64,000 nt of DNA from an uncultured virus (IMG/VR IMGVR_UViG_2660238005_000005) (IMGVR_UViG_2660238005_000005), one strand, 5' to 3'; numbered from the stretch's first letter, positions 29,478 to 38,102 are shown. The notes: a model not told the origin generated them from the sequence alone. Numbers and translations: made by a program.

Positions 29478-29580
29478 ACGACCGATGCATGTGCTGTGTC
29501 GTCGTAAGCCGTCCAAGGGGGTGAGAGCCCTTGAATGGCACCCGCCGGCGCGGGAGGTGAGAGTCCCGCGCCGGCATCCT
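29478..29580 (+). ncRNA. Putative structured antisense RNA / cis-element with two identical-loop hairpins
   Basis: Hairpins 29514-29533 and 29544-29575 both with loop GGTGAGAG; GCATGTGCTGTGTC complementary to early-gene start regions. Confidence 0.4.
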
Positions 29581-29817
29581 TCAAGCCGCTTGGGCAGTAA
29601 TGGATTCTTCGGTAATCCGATAATGCTCAAGCACTGCGGCAAGACTTACCTTGCCCTCGCTTTCCCGGAAGAGGGCCTTGATCAATGAAACACTTGGATC
29701 TTTGCTCGCGTACTTGACGTGCAAACGCAGGTAGTTGACAGAAATCGAGCAGCGCTTCGCATAGGACCGCAGTTGGTCATCGCCCATCTGGTCGATGTAT
29801 TCGCGTAGTTTCATCAT
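29581..29817 (-). CDS. cro: Cro-like HTH repressor
   Basis: 78 aa HTH, AGGAGG SD, divergent from cI. Confidence 0.75.
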   Translation of the reverse strand: MMKLREYIDQMGDDQLRSYAKRCSISVNYLRLHVKYASKDPSVSLIKALFRESEGKVSLAAVLEHYRITEESITAQAA

Positions 29818-29838
29818 CGTATGCCCTCCTACCGACAT

Positions 29839-29895
29839 TTAACCACAAAGGTTAAATTTGGCAATACCCACAAGGGCATTCACCCGAGAGGTTAA
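29839..29895. promoter_or_regulatory. OR operators
   Basis: TTAACC-ACAAA-GGTTAA (29839-29855) and TTCACC-CGAGA-GGTTAA (29879-29895); the first lies in a TTGCCA/-10 spacer on - strand. Confidence 0.75.
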
Positions 29896-30561
29896 ATGCA
29901 CAACACTTCACGGATGAATATTTCAGATACCAGACTCACCAACCTCCGGCGGATCATGGCCGAGCGCAAGCTTCGCTCAACCGACCTCGCGGACCTGCTC
30001 GGCAAGAGTCAGGCTCAGGTCAGCTCGTTCGCGGGAAAGAACCCCAGTAAAGGGATAGGAAACCAGATCGCTAGGGAGATAGAACTAGCACTGTCGCTTC
30101 CGAAAGGGATGCTTGATCTGTCTTTCGGTCCCAGCGAGCAGGGCAATGCAGTAGTACTTAGCTCCACAGGTAGGAAGCTGCCAGTGATCGGATCGGTAGC
30201 TGCAGGGAAATGGTGCGAAGCGGTCGACACCTTCTTACCAGGCGATGCGGAGGAATGGATCGAAGCACCAGGGCCAGTAGGCCCTAATGCATTCATTCTG
30301 AAAATTGAAGGTCTAAGCATGCTGCCCAAGTTCTCCGATGGCGAAAAGGTAGTCATAGACCCCTCGCTGGAGGCCTTGCCTGGCCACTACGTTGTCGCCA
30401 AGAAAACGAAGTCGCAGGAGGTCACCTTCAAGCAGTTGCGCAGAGAAGGTACCGAGTACTTCCTCTACGCCCTCAATCCTGACTGGCCAGACCGAATCAT
30501 CAAGCTCACCGAGGAGTGGCAGATTTGCGGCCGCGCCCGCTGGAAGATCACAGACCTTTGA
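29896..30561 (+). CDS. cI: CI-type repressor (HTH + S24 autopeptidase)
   Basis: VAAG cleavage site, EGLSM Ser, TFKQL Lys. Confidence 0.93.
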   Translation: MHNTSRMNISDTRLTNLRRIMAERKLRSTDLADLLGKSQAQVSSFAGKNPSKGIGNQIAREIELALSLPKGMLDLSFGPSEQGNAVVLSSTGRKLPVIGSVAAGKWCEAVDTFLPGDAEEWIEAPGPVGPNAFILKIEGLSMLPKFSDGEKVVIDPSLEALPGHYVVAKKTKSQEVTFKQLRREGTEYFLYALNPDWPDRIIKLTEEWQICGRARWKITDL

Positions 30562-30578
30562 ACCTCTTTAGTTGAATC

Positions 30579-30604
30579 GAGCCCGCGTGATGCGGGCTTT
30601 TTTC
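30579..30604 (+). terminator. cI terminator
   Basis: AGCCCGC-GTGAT-GCGGGCT followed by T-tract. Confidence 0.8.
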
Positions 30605-30634
30605 TGTCCCCTCAGCCAGCCATCCGCAAAAAAA

Positions 30635-30686
30635 CAACCCCGGCAGGTTAACAATCTCTTGACTACTTAACCTTTGCGGTTAATAT
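30635..30686 (+). promoter_or_regulatory. PL-like promoter with OL operators
   Basis: TTGACT-16-TAATAT; operators CAACCC-N5-GGTTAA (30635-30651) and TTAACC-TTTGC-GGTTAA (30667-30683). Confidence 0.75.
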
Positions 30687-30724
30687 CAGGTGCGTACCCC
30701 CTCTCTCACTTCCGGAGTACGCAA

Positions 30725-30934
30725 ATGCAATCGGCACAGCACACGCCCAAAGTCCGCTGCCAGGTGCTACTTCACCCGGCTGCGGCCACCAGCCCCAGAG
30801 TCGTTCAGGAGATCCAAGCCCGAACCGGCCTGCTGGTGATCATTAGCACCTCCCACCGCGCCTGCCTCACCCAGCCGCGGCCTGCTGCCCACAGCACGGA
30901 TGACGAGTTCGGTCCGTGGGGAGGTGCGGCATGA
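30725..30934 (+). CDS. Hypothetical early protein (69 aa)
   Basis: GGAG SD; first gene after PL. Confidence 0.65.
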   Translation: MQSAQHTPKVRCQVLLHPAAATSPRVVQEIQARTGLLVIISTSHRACLTQPRPAAHSTDDEFGPWGGAA

Positions 30935-31236
30935 AGCCCACCATCGAAGAACTGCTCCTGCAGATCCTTTCTACCTGCCTGCTGATCGACAGCCAGGGCA
31001 AGTGGAAGGCCACCTTCTACCTGTCCTGCATCGACGCGGACGTCTCCGTTTCAATCTACCGGTCCGACGACACCACCCCGTTGGGCGACCGCGTTGCCCA
31101 TGCCTACGAGTACGCCTTCATCGGCGCCGACACTCGTGGCCGTCGCAGGAACCTCACGGAGGACGAGTCCCGGCAGAACCTGTCGATGCTCCTGACCTTC
31201 ACCCAGCGTTACCTCAGTATGGAGGCCGCAGCATGA
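30931..31236 (+). CDS. Hypothetical early protein (101 aa)
   Basis: ATGA coupling, GGAGG SD. Confidence 0.65.
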   Translation: MKPTIEELLLQILSTCLLIDSQGKWKATFYLSCIDADVSVSIYRSDDTTPLGDRVAHAYEYAFIGADTRGRRRNLTEDESRQNLSMLLTFTQRYLSMEAAA

Positions 31237-31802
31237 AGCCCTTCCTGATCGGCCTCACTGGCCGCGCTCGCTCCGGCAAGGACACTGCGGCGAACTACCT
31301 CTCCGCCCAGTTCGGCCTGCTGGTCTATGCCCTAGCCTCGCCGCTGAAGCTGGCCCTGCTCGACATGCTGAACTTGCCCGGGTCCGCCCTGGAGGGCCCG
31401 GCCAAGGAACAGCCGCTGCCGTGGCTGGGCAAGTCGCCGCGTGAACTGATGCAACTGCTGGGCACCGAGTGGGGCCGCAACTTAGTTCATCCGCAGCTCT
31501 GGCTGATGCTGGCCGACATGAACCTATCCAACCACCTGGAGGCGATGCCACAGGCCCAGGGGTTCGTCATCAGCGACGTGCGCTTCGACAACGAGGCGGA
31601 CTGGATCCGCGCCAAGGGCGGCGTAGTCGTCCACCTGCGCCGACAGGGTGCCGCTGACGTCGCCGCACACAGTAGCGAGTCGGGCATCACACCGGGGGCA
31701 CGCGACCTGTTCATCAGCAACGACGGCAGTCTGAACGACCTCTACCAGACGCTGGACGAAGTGATGGCATTGCTCCAACTCCGAGCAAAGAACGCAGCCT
31801 GA
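31233..31802 (+). CDS. Deoxynucleoside monophosphate kinase
   Basis: GLTGRARSGKDT P-loop, PRELMQLLGTEWGR, ISDVRFDNE, HSSE. Confidence 0.88.
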   Translation: MKPFLIGLTGRARSGKDTAANYLSAQFGLLVYALASPLKLALLDMLNLPGSALEGPAKEQPLPWLGKSPRELMQLLGTEWGRNLVHPQLWLMLADMNLSNHLEAMPQAQGFVISDVRFDNEADWIRAKGGVVVHLRRQGAADVAAHSSESGITPGARDLFISNDGSLNDLYQTLDEVMALLQLRAKNAA

Positions 31803-31813
31803 GTGGGCCAGCC

Positions 31814-32098
31814 ATGAACCGGGATATCCGCCATGCAGCTGCCGCACTCGGCATCAGCGAACGGGACCTGCGCAACCACCTGCGGCAGCACAAGGATCTG
31901 AATCAGGACGGCACCCTGGCGGCCAAGCACATCGGCCAGGGCCACCTGTTCATGGATCCGCGCTCGCGCTGGAACCCGCGACTGGGCCAGTACACCCACT
32001 ACAGCGTGGTGATGGTCACCGAGGCTGGAATCGCCTACCTGGCCAAGCGCCTCGGCGTGTCCATCACCGTCACCCAGCACAAGGACGACGTGGCATGA
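31814..32098 (+). CDS. Antirepressor KilAC-like DNA-binding protein
   Basis: AAAALGISERDLRNHL...VTEAGIAYL. Confidence 0.6.
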   Translation: MNRDIRHAAAALGISERDLRNHLRQHKDLNQDGTLAAKHIGQGHLFMDPRSRWNPRLGQYTHYSVVMVTEAGIAYLAKRLGVSITVTQHKDDVA

Positions 32099-32463
32099 CT
32101 ACAACACCGAACCCCATCGCCGACGCCGTCGGCACGCTCAAGCTGATCGGCATGCACTTCGCGGCACCGACCGCCTACCCGGCCGACGCTCTGCAGGCCG
32201 CCGCGGCAGAGTGCATCAACCGCCTAGCCGGCCAGCCCCAGGAAGTAACTCAACTGGCACTGCTCTATGCCGCCTTGGTAGCCATCACCCCGCGCGGCTG
32301 GCTGCCCCACGTCACGCTCACCAACGACGAGGCGCGTCCCTACGGCGCCATAGTCACCGACGCAGCGGGCAACGTCGCCGCCAGCGGCCTCGGCAAGACA
32401 GTCAACGGCCTCGTGGCCTTGGTGTCGGCCCGCCTACCGGCGGGGTGCGGGGAGGCTCTATGA
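32095..32463 (+). CDS. Hypothetical protein (122 aa)
   Basis: Coupled ORF in early operon. Confidence 0.6.
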   Translation: MTTTPNPIADAVGTLKLIGMHFAAPTAYPADALQAAAAECINRLAGQPQEVTQLALLYAALVAITPRGWLPHVTLTNDEARPYGAIVTDAAGNVAASGLGKTVNGLVALVSARLPAGCGEAL

Positions 32464-32696
32464 CGACACTCGAGCAGCTCTACCAGCAGTGGGGTACAGC
32501 GACGCTCACCCTCGCGCAGGTCCGGGCAGCGTACTTCCCGCACCTGAAGACCGATAAACGCCTGCGGGCTCTGATCAAGAGCGGAGAGGTGGCACTGGTC
32601 ACCCGCAAGCTCACGACGTCCCGGCTGGAGGAGCCGCTGGTGTACCTGACGGACCTGGCCGAGTTCCTCGACGCTAAGGGCGTCAAGGCAGCCTGA
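32460..32696 (+). CDS. Pyocin activator PrtN-family protein
   Basis: TTLEQL...VRAAYFPHL...VYLTDLAEFLD. Confidence 0.8.
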   Translation: MTTLEQLYQQWGTATLTLAQVRAAYFPHLKTDKRLRALIKSGEVALVTRKLTTSRLEEPLVYLTDLAEFLDAKGVKAA

Positions 32697-32914
32697 TCGA
32701 CGCGCCCCGGCGCAACCGGGTTAAACGACAGGGAGGAATGGCAGCCATGTAGACATCCCAACCGGGGCAGGTCAGCCCAACTGGCCGAGCTGGATCAGCA
32801 GTCACATATGGCGGCGTATGTGAAACCGGAAGGCCTGGCGACGGGCCTTCCCCATAGGGCTCTCCACGAGAGCCCTATGGGGAACTCACCCAAACAAACT
32901 ATGAGGCACAGCAC

Positions 32915-33253
32915 ATGAAAAGACCCTTTCTCGACACCCTGCGCGACGTTGAGTCCGGTGGATTGCTGGACGAACTCACCGACGCCCAACACAGCCTGAT
33001 CGACGCCATCCGCCTGACCAACAAAGCCGGAGAACTGACCATCAAGCTGACCTACAAGCCCGAAGGCGCTGGACAGATGACGATCAAGGCCGACGTGAAG
33101 ACCAAGGAACCTGTTCTGGCACGCGGCACCTCGCTGTTCTTCCTCACCCCTGAGGGGAACCTCTCCAGGCGCGACCCGCGTCAGCAGGAACTGAGCCTGC
33201 GGACCGTTGATACCGACCCGGCGCCCGAGCTTCGGCAAGCGGCTAGCGAGTAA
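32915..33253 (+). CDS. YfdP-like prophage protein
   Basis: FLDTL...FFLTPEGNL; precedes YfdQ-like gene. Confidence 0.65.
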   Translation: MKRPFLDTLRDVESGGLLDELTDAQHSLIDAIRLTNKAGELTIKLTYKPEGAGQMTIKADVKTKEPVLARGTSLFFLTPEGNLSRRDPRQQELSLRTVDTDPAPELRQAASE

Positions 33254-33285
33254 CCACCACCCTCACGCTCAAAGGAGCACCACGC

Positions 33286-34107
33286 ATGCAACAAGCCATT
33301 CAACAGTTGGTCAACCTCTCACAAGCCCTGGGCAAACCAATCGACCATCCTGGGCTATCCGCGCCTCTCGCCCTCGTACCGAACGGGGTGGAAATCGAAA
33401 GCCTGGAACACCTGCTGCCTGCCCCCACCCGAACCCGGAAGCAAGTCACCCTCCTCGATGCTGAAACCTTCATCGCGTACGTGTCGCGATTCTCCACGGC
33501 TGCAACCGCCGTGTTCTGCAACGGACCGGAAGGCCGGACCTTCTCGGCGATCATCGACTACCACCAACCCGAGCAGCCCGCCTGGTGCGACCACGTTGCA
33601 ACCTATCGCTGCCCGACAACCGTCGAATGGGGCAACTGGAAGGGGCACGATCGCAAGCGGCTGGATCAGGCCGGGTTCGCAGAGTTCATCGAGGACAACG
33701 TGAAGGACATTGTCCAGCCGGCTGACCAACCTTCGGCACCGTCTGCGGCGGACATGCTCGAGATCAGCCGCACCTTGGAGGCAAAGAAGAACATCACTTT
33801 CCGCCAGGGCACCCGGCTCGATAACGGCCAGATCCAACTCACCTACAACGAAGAAATCGATGGCCGCGCCGGGGCTACTGGCCAGTTGAGTATCCCCGAG
33901 CAGTTCTTCATCGGAGTGAAGCCCTTCCTCGGTGGTGACGCGTTCCTCATCACCGCTCGCTTCCGTTACCGCATCCAGGAATCCCGACTGGTGATGTGGT
34001 ACGAACTCGTCCGCCCCGACAAGGTGCTGGAGGAGGCCTATGGAGCCGTCCGCGCGAAGATCCAGAGCGGAATCGGCGAAGTGCCGCTGTACGAGGCGAC
34101 CATCTAA
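33286..34107 (+). CDS. YfdQ/DUF2303 family protein
   Basis: IIDYH...QAGFAEFIEDN motifs. Confidence 0.75.
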   Translation: MQQAIQQLVNLSQALGKPIDHPGLSAPLALVPNGVEIESLEHLLPAPTRTRKQVTLLDAETFIAYVSRFSTAATAVFCNGPEGRTFSAIIDYHQPEQPAWCDHVATYRCPTTVEWGNWKGHDRKRLDQAGFAEFIEDNVKDIVQPADQPSAPSAADMLEISRTLEAKKNITFRQGTRLDNGQIQLTYNEEIDGRAGATGQLSIPEQFFIGVKPFLGGDAFLITARFRYRIQESRLVMWYELVRPDKVLEEAYGAVRAKIQSGIGEVPLYEATI

Positions 34108-34182
34108 CCCATCCATCAACACGCCTCGCCGCCAGACTCTCACACAATCCCTGGCGGCGCGGCGTCCAACAGGACACAGCAC

Positions 34183-34917
34183 ATGCCTATCACCTATCAG
34201 TTCATTATCGGCGGACTGGCTCTCGCCTGCGCCGCGGTTCTGTTCTTCGCACTGCGCGCCTCTCGCGCCGCATATGCCAATGGCTACAACTCCGGCCACG
34301 ACGATGCATCCCGAGCCTGTGAACTCCGCATCGAAGACCAGCAGGTCCACATTCGAGCGCTCCAGGCCGACCTGGGCGCGATGCAAGCGAAACACATCAA
34401 CGATCGTGCCGCACTGCTTCTGCAGGCCGACCAGGTCCTGGACAGGAACAACGCCCGTAACCAGAACGCTCAGTTTCAGCCAGGCGACGTAGACACCCTC
34501 ACCACCTCCGCGAAGCTGCTTCGATTGGCCGGAGACGTGTTCGCCCGCCTGCACGCTAACGACAAGGCTGAAGAGGCCCACGCCGCGCAGGACGCAATCC
34601 GCGCGTTGCTCCAGCGCATCCCGGCCGCACTCGCCGCTGAAGTGCCCCCGCCGCTTGATACCAAGCTGTTTGACTTCCTTGAGCAGCATGCAACCGGCTC
34701 CGCGGACGTCGGCACCTTCACCTTGAGCTTCGAGGTCGGCGACACCTTCCGGGGCACCAGGACGATCCGCGAGGCCGTCACCTACGCCTTGGTCAAGGCC
34801 GAGGAGTCCGAAGCACCTGGGGCCAATCTGCCGCACGCCAAGTCGACAGACGGACTCTCCGCCTGGGAGGCGGTGGACCTCGACTACACCGGCGACACCG
34901 CGCCGATGTGCATGTGA
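34183..34917 (+). CDS. Hypothetical protein with N-terminal TM anchor and coiled coil (244 aa)
   Basis: AGGA SD; hydrophobic N-terminus. Confidence 0.65.
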   Translation: MPITYQFIIGGLALACAAVLFFALRASRAAYANGYNSGHDDASRACELRIEDQQVHIRALQADLGAMQAKHINDRAALLLQADQVLDRNNARNQNAQFQPGDVDTLTTSAKLLRLAGDVFARLHANDKAEEAHAAQDAIRALLQRIPAALAAEVPPPLDTKLFDFLEQHATGSADVGTFTLSFEVGDTFRGTRTIREAVTYALVKAEESEAPGANLPHAKSTDGLSAWEAVDLDYTGDTAPMCM

Positions 34918-34925
34918 GGTGACCC

Positions 34926-35471
34926 ATGACGTGGATCATCACCTACACCGGCAGCCGCTTTGACCTGATCCAGCCTGATCCGGCAAGCATTCACCCAACC
35001 GACATTGCCCACGCTCTCGCCCAGCAATGCCGTTTCAACGGGCACTGCGCGCCGCACTACAGCGTGGCGCAACACAGCTACTTCGTTGCCGACTTGGTTC
35101 CCGAAGAGCACCAGTTGGCTGCGCTTCTACACGACGCCACAGAGGCCTACATCGGCGACATGGTTCGACCGCTCAAGGAACTGCTACCCGACTTCCGGCA
35201 GATCGAGGCCGTCATCTGGTCAGCCATCTGTGAGCGCTTCGACCTCGACGAGCAACTGCCGGCAGAGGTTAAGCGCGCGGACCTGATTGCGCTCGCCACT
35301 GAACGGCGCGATCTGATGCCCTTCCATCAGGATGAGTGGGGTTGCCTCGAAGGCATCGAGCCCCATCAAGCGCCCATCAGCCCCTGGTCCGCAGCTGACG
35401 CGCGATACCACTTCCACCGGCGCCTGCTAGAGCTTCTCGCGGTTACCCATCGCAAGGGGGTGACGGCATGA
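34926..35471 (+). CDS. HD-domain phosphohydrolase (YfdR/YfbR-like)
   Basis: DIAHALA..CRFNGH..YSVAQHS..LLHDATEAY.GD..RPLK. Confidence 0.88.
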   Translation: MTWIITYTGSRFDLIQPDPASIHPTDIAHALAQQCRFNGHCAPHYSVAQHSYFVADLVPEEHQLAALLHDATEAYIGDMVRPLKELLPDFRQIEAVIWSAICERFDLDEQLPAEVKRADLIALATERRDLMPFHQDEWGCLEGIEPHQAPISPWSAADARYHFHRRLLELLAVTHRKGVTA

Positions 35472-37531
35472 GCGCAGCCTTGAAAAAGCAAGTTTTCGAT
35501 TTCAAGACGCAGTACGGGCTGGCCTTGGACGACACCGATGACGCGATCGTCGCAGACTACTTTTGCGGCGGAGGTGGCGCCGGTACGGGCTTGGAAATGG
35601 GCTTGGGCCGCCCGGTAAACGCGGCGAAAAACCACAGTTCTGCTGCAATTGCCATGCACACCGCCAATCACCCCCATGCTCGGCACTTCATGACAGACGT
35701 CTTCGACGGTGACCCTGACGACGAGTGCCAAGGACGCCCGGTCGGCTGGTTCCATATGAGCCCCGACTGTACCCATCACAGCCAAGCAGCCGGCGGCCAA
35801 CCTCGCAAACGCGAGATTCGAAACCTCTCGTGGGTTGGGCTGAAGTGGGCTGGAAAGAAAAAACCTTGGGTCATCAGCCTGGAGAACGTGAAGCAGATCC
35901 TCCAGTGGGGGCCCCTTATCGCGAAAAGGGACAGGTCCACCGGTCGAGTGGTTAAGCTCGATGGCAGTGTGGCGGCACCAGGCGAACACGTTCCAGTCCA
36001 GCAACAGTTCCTGATTCCCGACCCCAAACGCCGCGGCCAAACCTGGCGCCGGTTCGTTCACCTGCTGGAGGGGATGGGCTACCAGGTGGAATGGCGCGTC
36101 ATCAAGGCATGCGACTTCGGGGCACCAACCAGCCGCGAGCGCTTATTCATGATAGCTCGGTCCGATGGCCATCCTATCGTCTGGCCTGAGCCGACCCACG
36201 CCAAGCATCCGAAAAAAGGGCAGCAGAAGTGGAAGACCGCAGCCGACTGCATCGACTGGTCGTACCCCAGCAAGAGTATCTTCGGCCGCAAGAAGGCCCT
36301 GGCCGACGCCACGCTGCGCCGGGTGGCTAAGGGCGTGAAGAAGTTTGTACTCGACAACCCACGGCCGTTCATAGTGCCAATCGCGAACTGGTCGGGCGAA
36401 CTGGCCCAGTCGGCCCACGAACCGCTCCGTACCATCACATCCTGGCCTCGCGGGGGCAGTTTCGCCGTGGCCAGCCCAACACTGGTGCAGACCTGCTACG
36501 GTGAGCGCGAAGGGCAGCAACCGCGAGTGCCAGGCCTCGATCAGCCGCTTGGCACAGTCGTCGCAGGCGGCGTGAAGCACGCACTGTCGAGCGCTGTGCT
36601 TCTCCCGGCAACGCATCAAGGCGCAGACCGAGTCAACGATCCCGCTAAGCCGCTGCCCACTGTGACCGCGGCAAACCGCGGCGAACTGATGATAGCGAGC
36701 CCGTTGATGGTGGGCGTCGGTGGCCGCGCCGGGCAGACTGAACCGCGACCGGGCGACGAGCCGATGTACACCATCACAGCGAAGGCAGACACCGCCATTG
36801 CATCGGCACACCTGGTCAAGTTCCGGTTCAACAGTGACGGGGCGGACATCACCGAGCCAATGCCTACGATCACCAGCGGAGGCAACTTCAAACGTCCAGC
36901 AGGCGCCGCACATGCCCTGGGGGTCTGCACTGCCTTCATCGAACAGGCCAACTCCGGTTTCAACACCACCTTCGGCCGGAGCATGGACGATCCGATGAGC
37001 ACGGTAACCAACTCGGGCAGCCAGCAGCGCCTTGTAACGGCCAGCCTTGCCACGTTGCGGCGGAACTGTGTAGGTCGCCCCCTCGACGAGCCGATTCCGG
37101 CTCTTACCGCCGGCGCCGAGCATCACGCCCTCATCGAGTACAAGCTGTCGCCCGAACACGAGGCTGGCGCTCTGCGCGTCGCTGCGTTCCTGATGCGCTA
37201 TCACAGCACCGGCGGTCAATGGGCAGAGCTGGATCATCCCGTAACGGCCGTTACCACCAAGGACCGCCTGGCTCTCGTGACCGTATTCGTAAAAGGCACC
37301 CCCTACGTGATAGTCGACATCTGCTTGCGGATGTTGCAACCGCCCGAACTGTACCGAGCCCAGGGATTTCCGGCCGACTACATCATCGACCGCGGCGCTG
37401 ACGGCAAGCCGTTCAGCAAAACCGAACAGGTGCATATGTGCGGTAACAGCGTCAGCCCGCCGCCGATGGCAGCGATCGCGCGAGCCAACGACCCATGGAA
37501 GGCGCGGCAGCGCCAGGCGGTGGCGGCATGA
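35468..37531 (+). CDS. DNA (cytosine-5) methyltransferase, orphan, with repeat-expanded variable region
   Basis: FCGGGG, SPDC, LENV, RERL, CGNSV motifs. Confidence 0.92.
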   Translation: MSAALKKQVFDFKTQYGLALDDTDDAIVADYFCGGGGAGTGLEMGLGRPVNAAKNHSSAAIAMHTANHPHARHFMTDVFDGDPDDECQGRPVGWFHMSPDCTHHSQAAGGQPRKREIRNLSWVGLKWAGKKKPWVISLENVKQILQWGPLIAKRDRSTGRVVKLDGSVAAPGEHVPVQQQFLIPDPKRRGQTWRRFVHLLEGMGYQVEWRVIKACDFGAPTSRERLFMIARSDGHPIVWPEPTHAKHPKKGQQKWKTAADCIDWSYPSKSIFGRKKALADATLRRVAKGVKKFVLDNPRPFIVPIANWSGELAQSAHEPLRTITSWPRGGSFAVASPTLVQTCYGEREGQQPRVPGLDQPLGTVVAGGVKHALSSAVLLPATHQGADRVNDPAKPLPTVTAANRGELMIASPLMVGVGGRAGQTEPRPGDEPMYTITAKADTAIASAHLVKFRFNSDGADITEPMPTITSGGNFKRPAGAAHALGVCTAFIEQANSGFNTTFGRSMDDPMSTVTNSGSQQRLVTASLATLRRNCVGRPLDEPIPALTAGAEHHALIEYKLSPEHEAGALRVAAFLMRYHSTGGQWAELDHPVTAVTTKDRLALVTVFVKGTPYVIVDICLRMLQPPELYRAQGFPADYIIDRGADGKPFSKTEQVHMCGNSVSPPPMAAIARANDPWKARQRQAVAA

Positions 37532-37668
37532 GCGCATCGTCAAAGCCTGGATCGAACTCTGGAAGGCATACATCGAATTCAGCGCGAAGATCGCTGCTCA
37601 ACGCGATGAGGCCCTGGCCGAGATTGAGTGCCTTGACCGGGCAGCGGCGAGCCAGGGAGGGCCACACA

Positions 37669-37785
37669 ATGCGTAGAGCACTGACCGCCCTCGCACTCGT
37701 CACACTGGTCGGCCTGGCCACTGTTGCCGCCGGCGCCGCACTCCAACCGTTTAAAACGCTGTTCATCTGGGAGGTATGCCGGTGA
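37669..37785 (+). CDS. Small membrane peptide (38 aa, MRRALTALAL...)
   Basis: GGAGG SD; stop overlaps xis start. Confidence 0.55.
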   Translation: MRRALTALALVTLVGLATVAAGAALQPFKTLFIWEVCR

Positions 37786-38084
37786 TGATCGAAGAGAAAC
37801 AGGCTCCAGAGCAGGACCTGGCCGGCGCCAGCCGTGACCTGCTGGCACACCTGCGCGGCCCGAAGGTGGCTCCGGAGGACGAACTCTGGACCACGAGAGA
37901 AATCGGCGAGTACCTCAAGCTCTCGCCAGCAACGGTTGAAGGTCGCGTGGTCACTCGACCGGACTTCCCTGCCCCGCTGCAGCCATGCGGCACGGTTAAG
38001 GCGTCCAAGCGGTGGTTTGCAATAGACGTGAAGAAATGGGCGAGGCACAACAGCAGTAGGCTGCCGAAAGGACGAGGGCGTTAG
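37785..38084 (+). CDS. xis: Excisionase/AlpA-like wHTH protein
   Basis: LWTTREIGEYLK...PDFPAP...RWFAIDV..W; last early gene. Confidence 0.75.
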   Translation: MIEEKQAPEQDLAGASRDLLAHLRGPKVAPEDELWTTREIGEYLKLSPATVEGRVVTRPDFPAPLQPCGTVKASKRWFAIDVKKWARHNSSRLPKGRGR

Positions 38085-38102
38085 GCTTAAGCAAGAAGAA
38101 AC

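Noticed and set aside
31233..37531. Base-modification pathway (Z-genome type) from kinase + HD hydrolase
   Set aside because: No PurZ-like synthetase or dedicated DNA polymerase; these genes are common in temperate phages
33355..37573. Long - strand ORFs 33355-34836 and 36143-37573
   Set aside because: Shadows of well-supported + strand early genes
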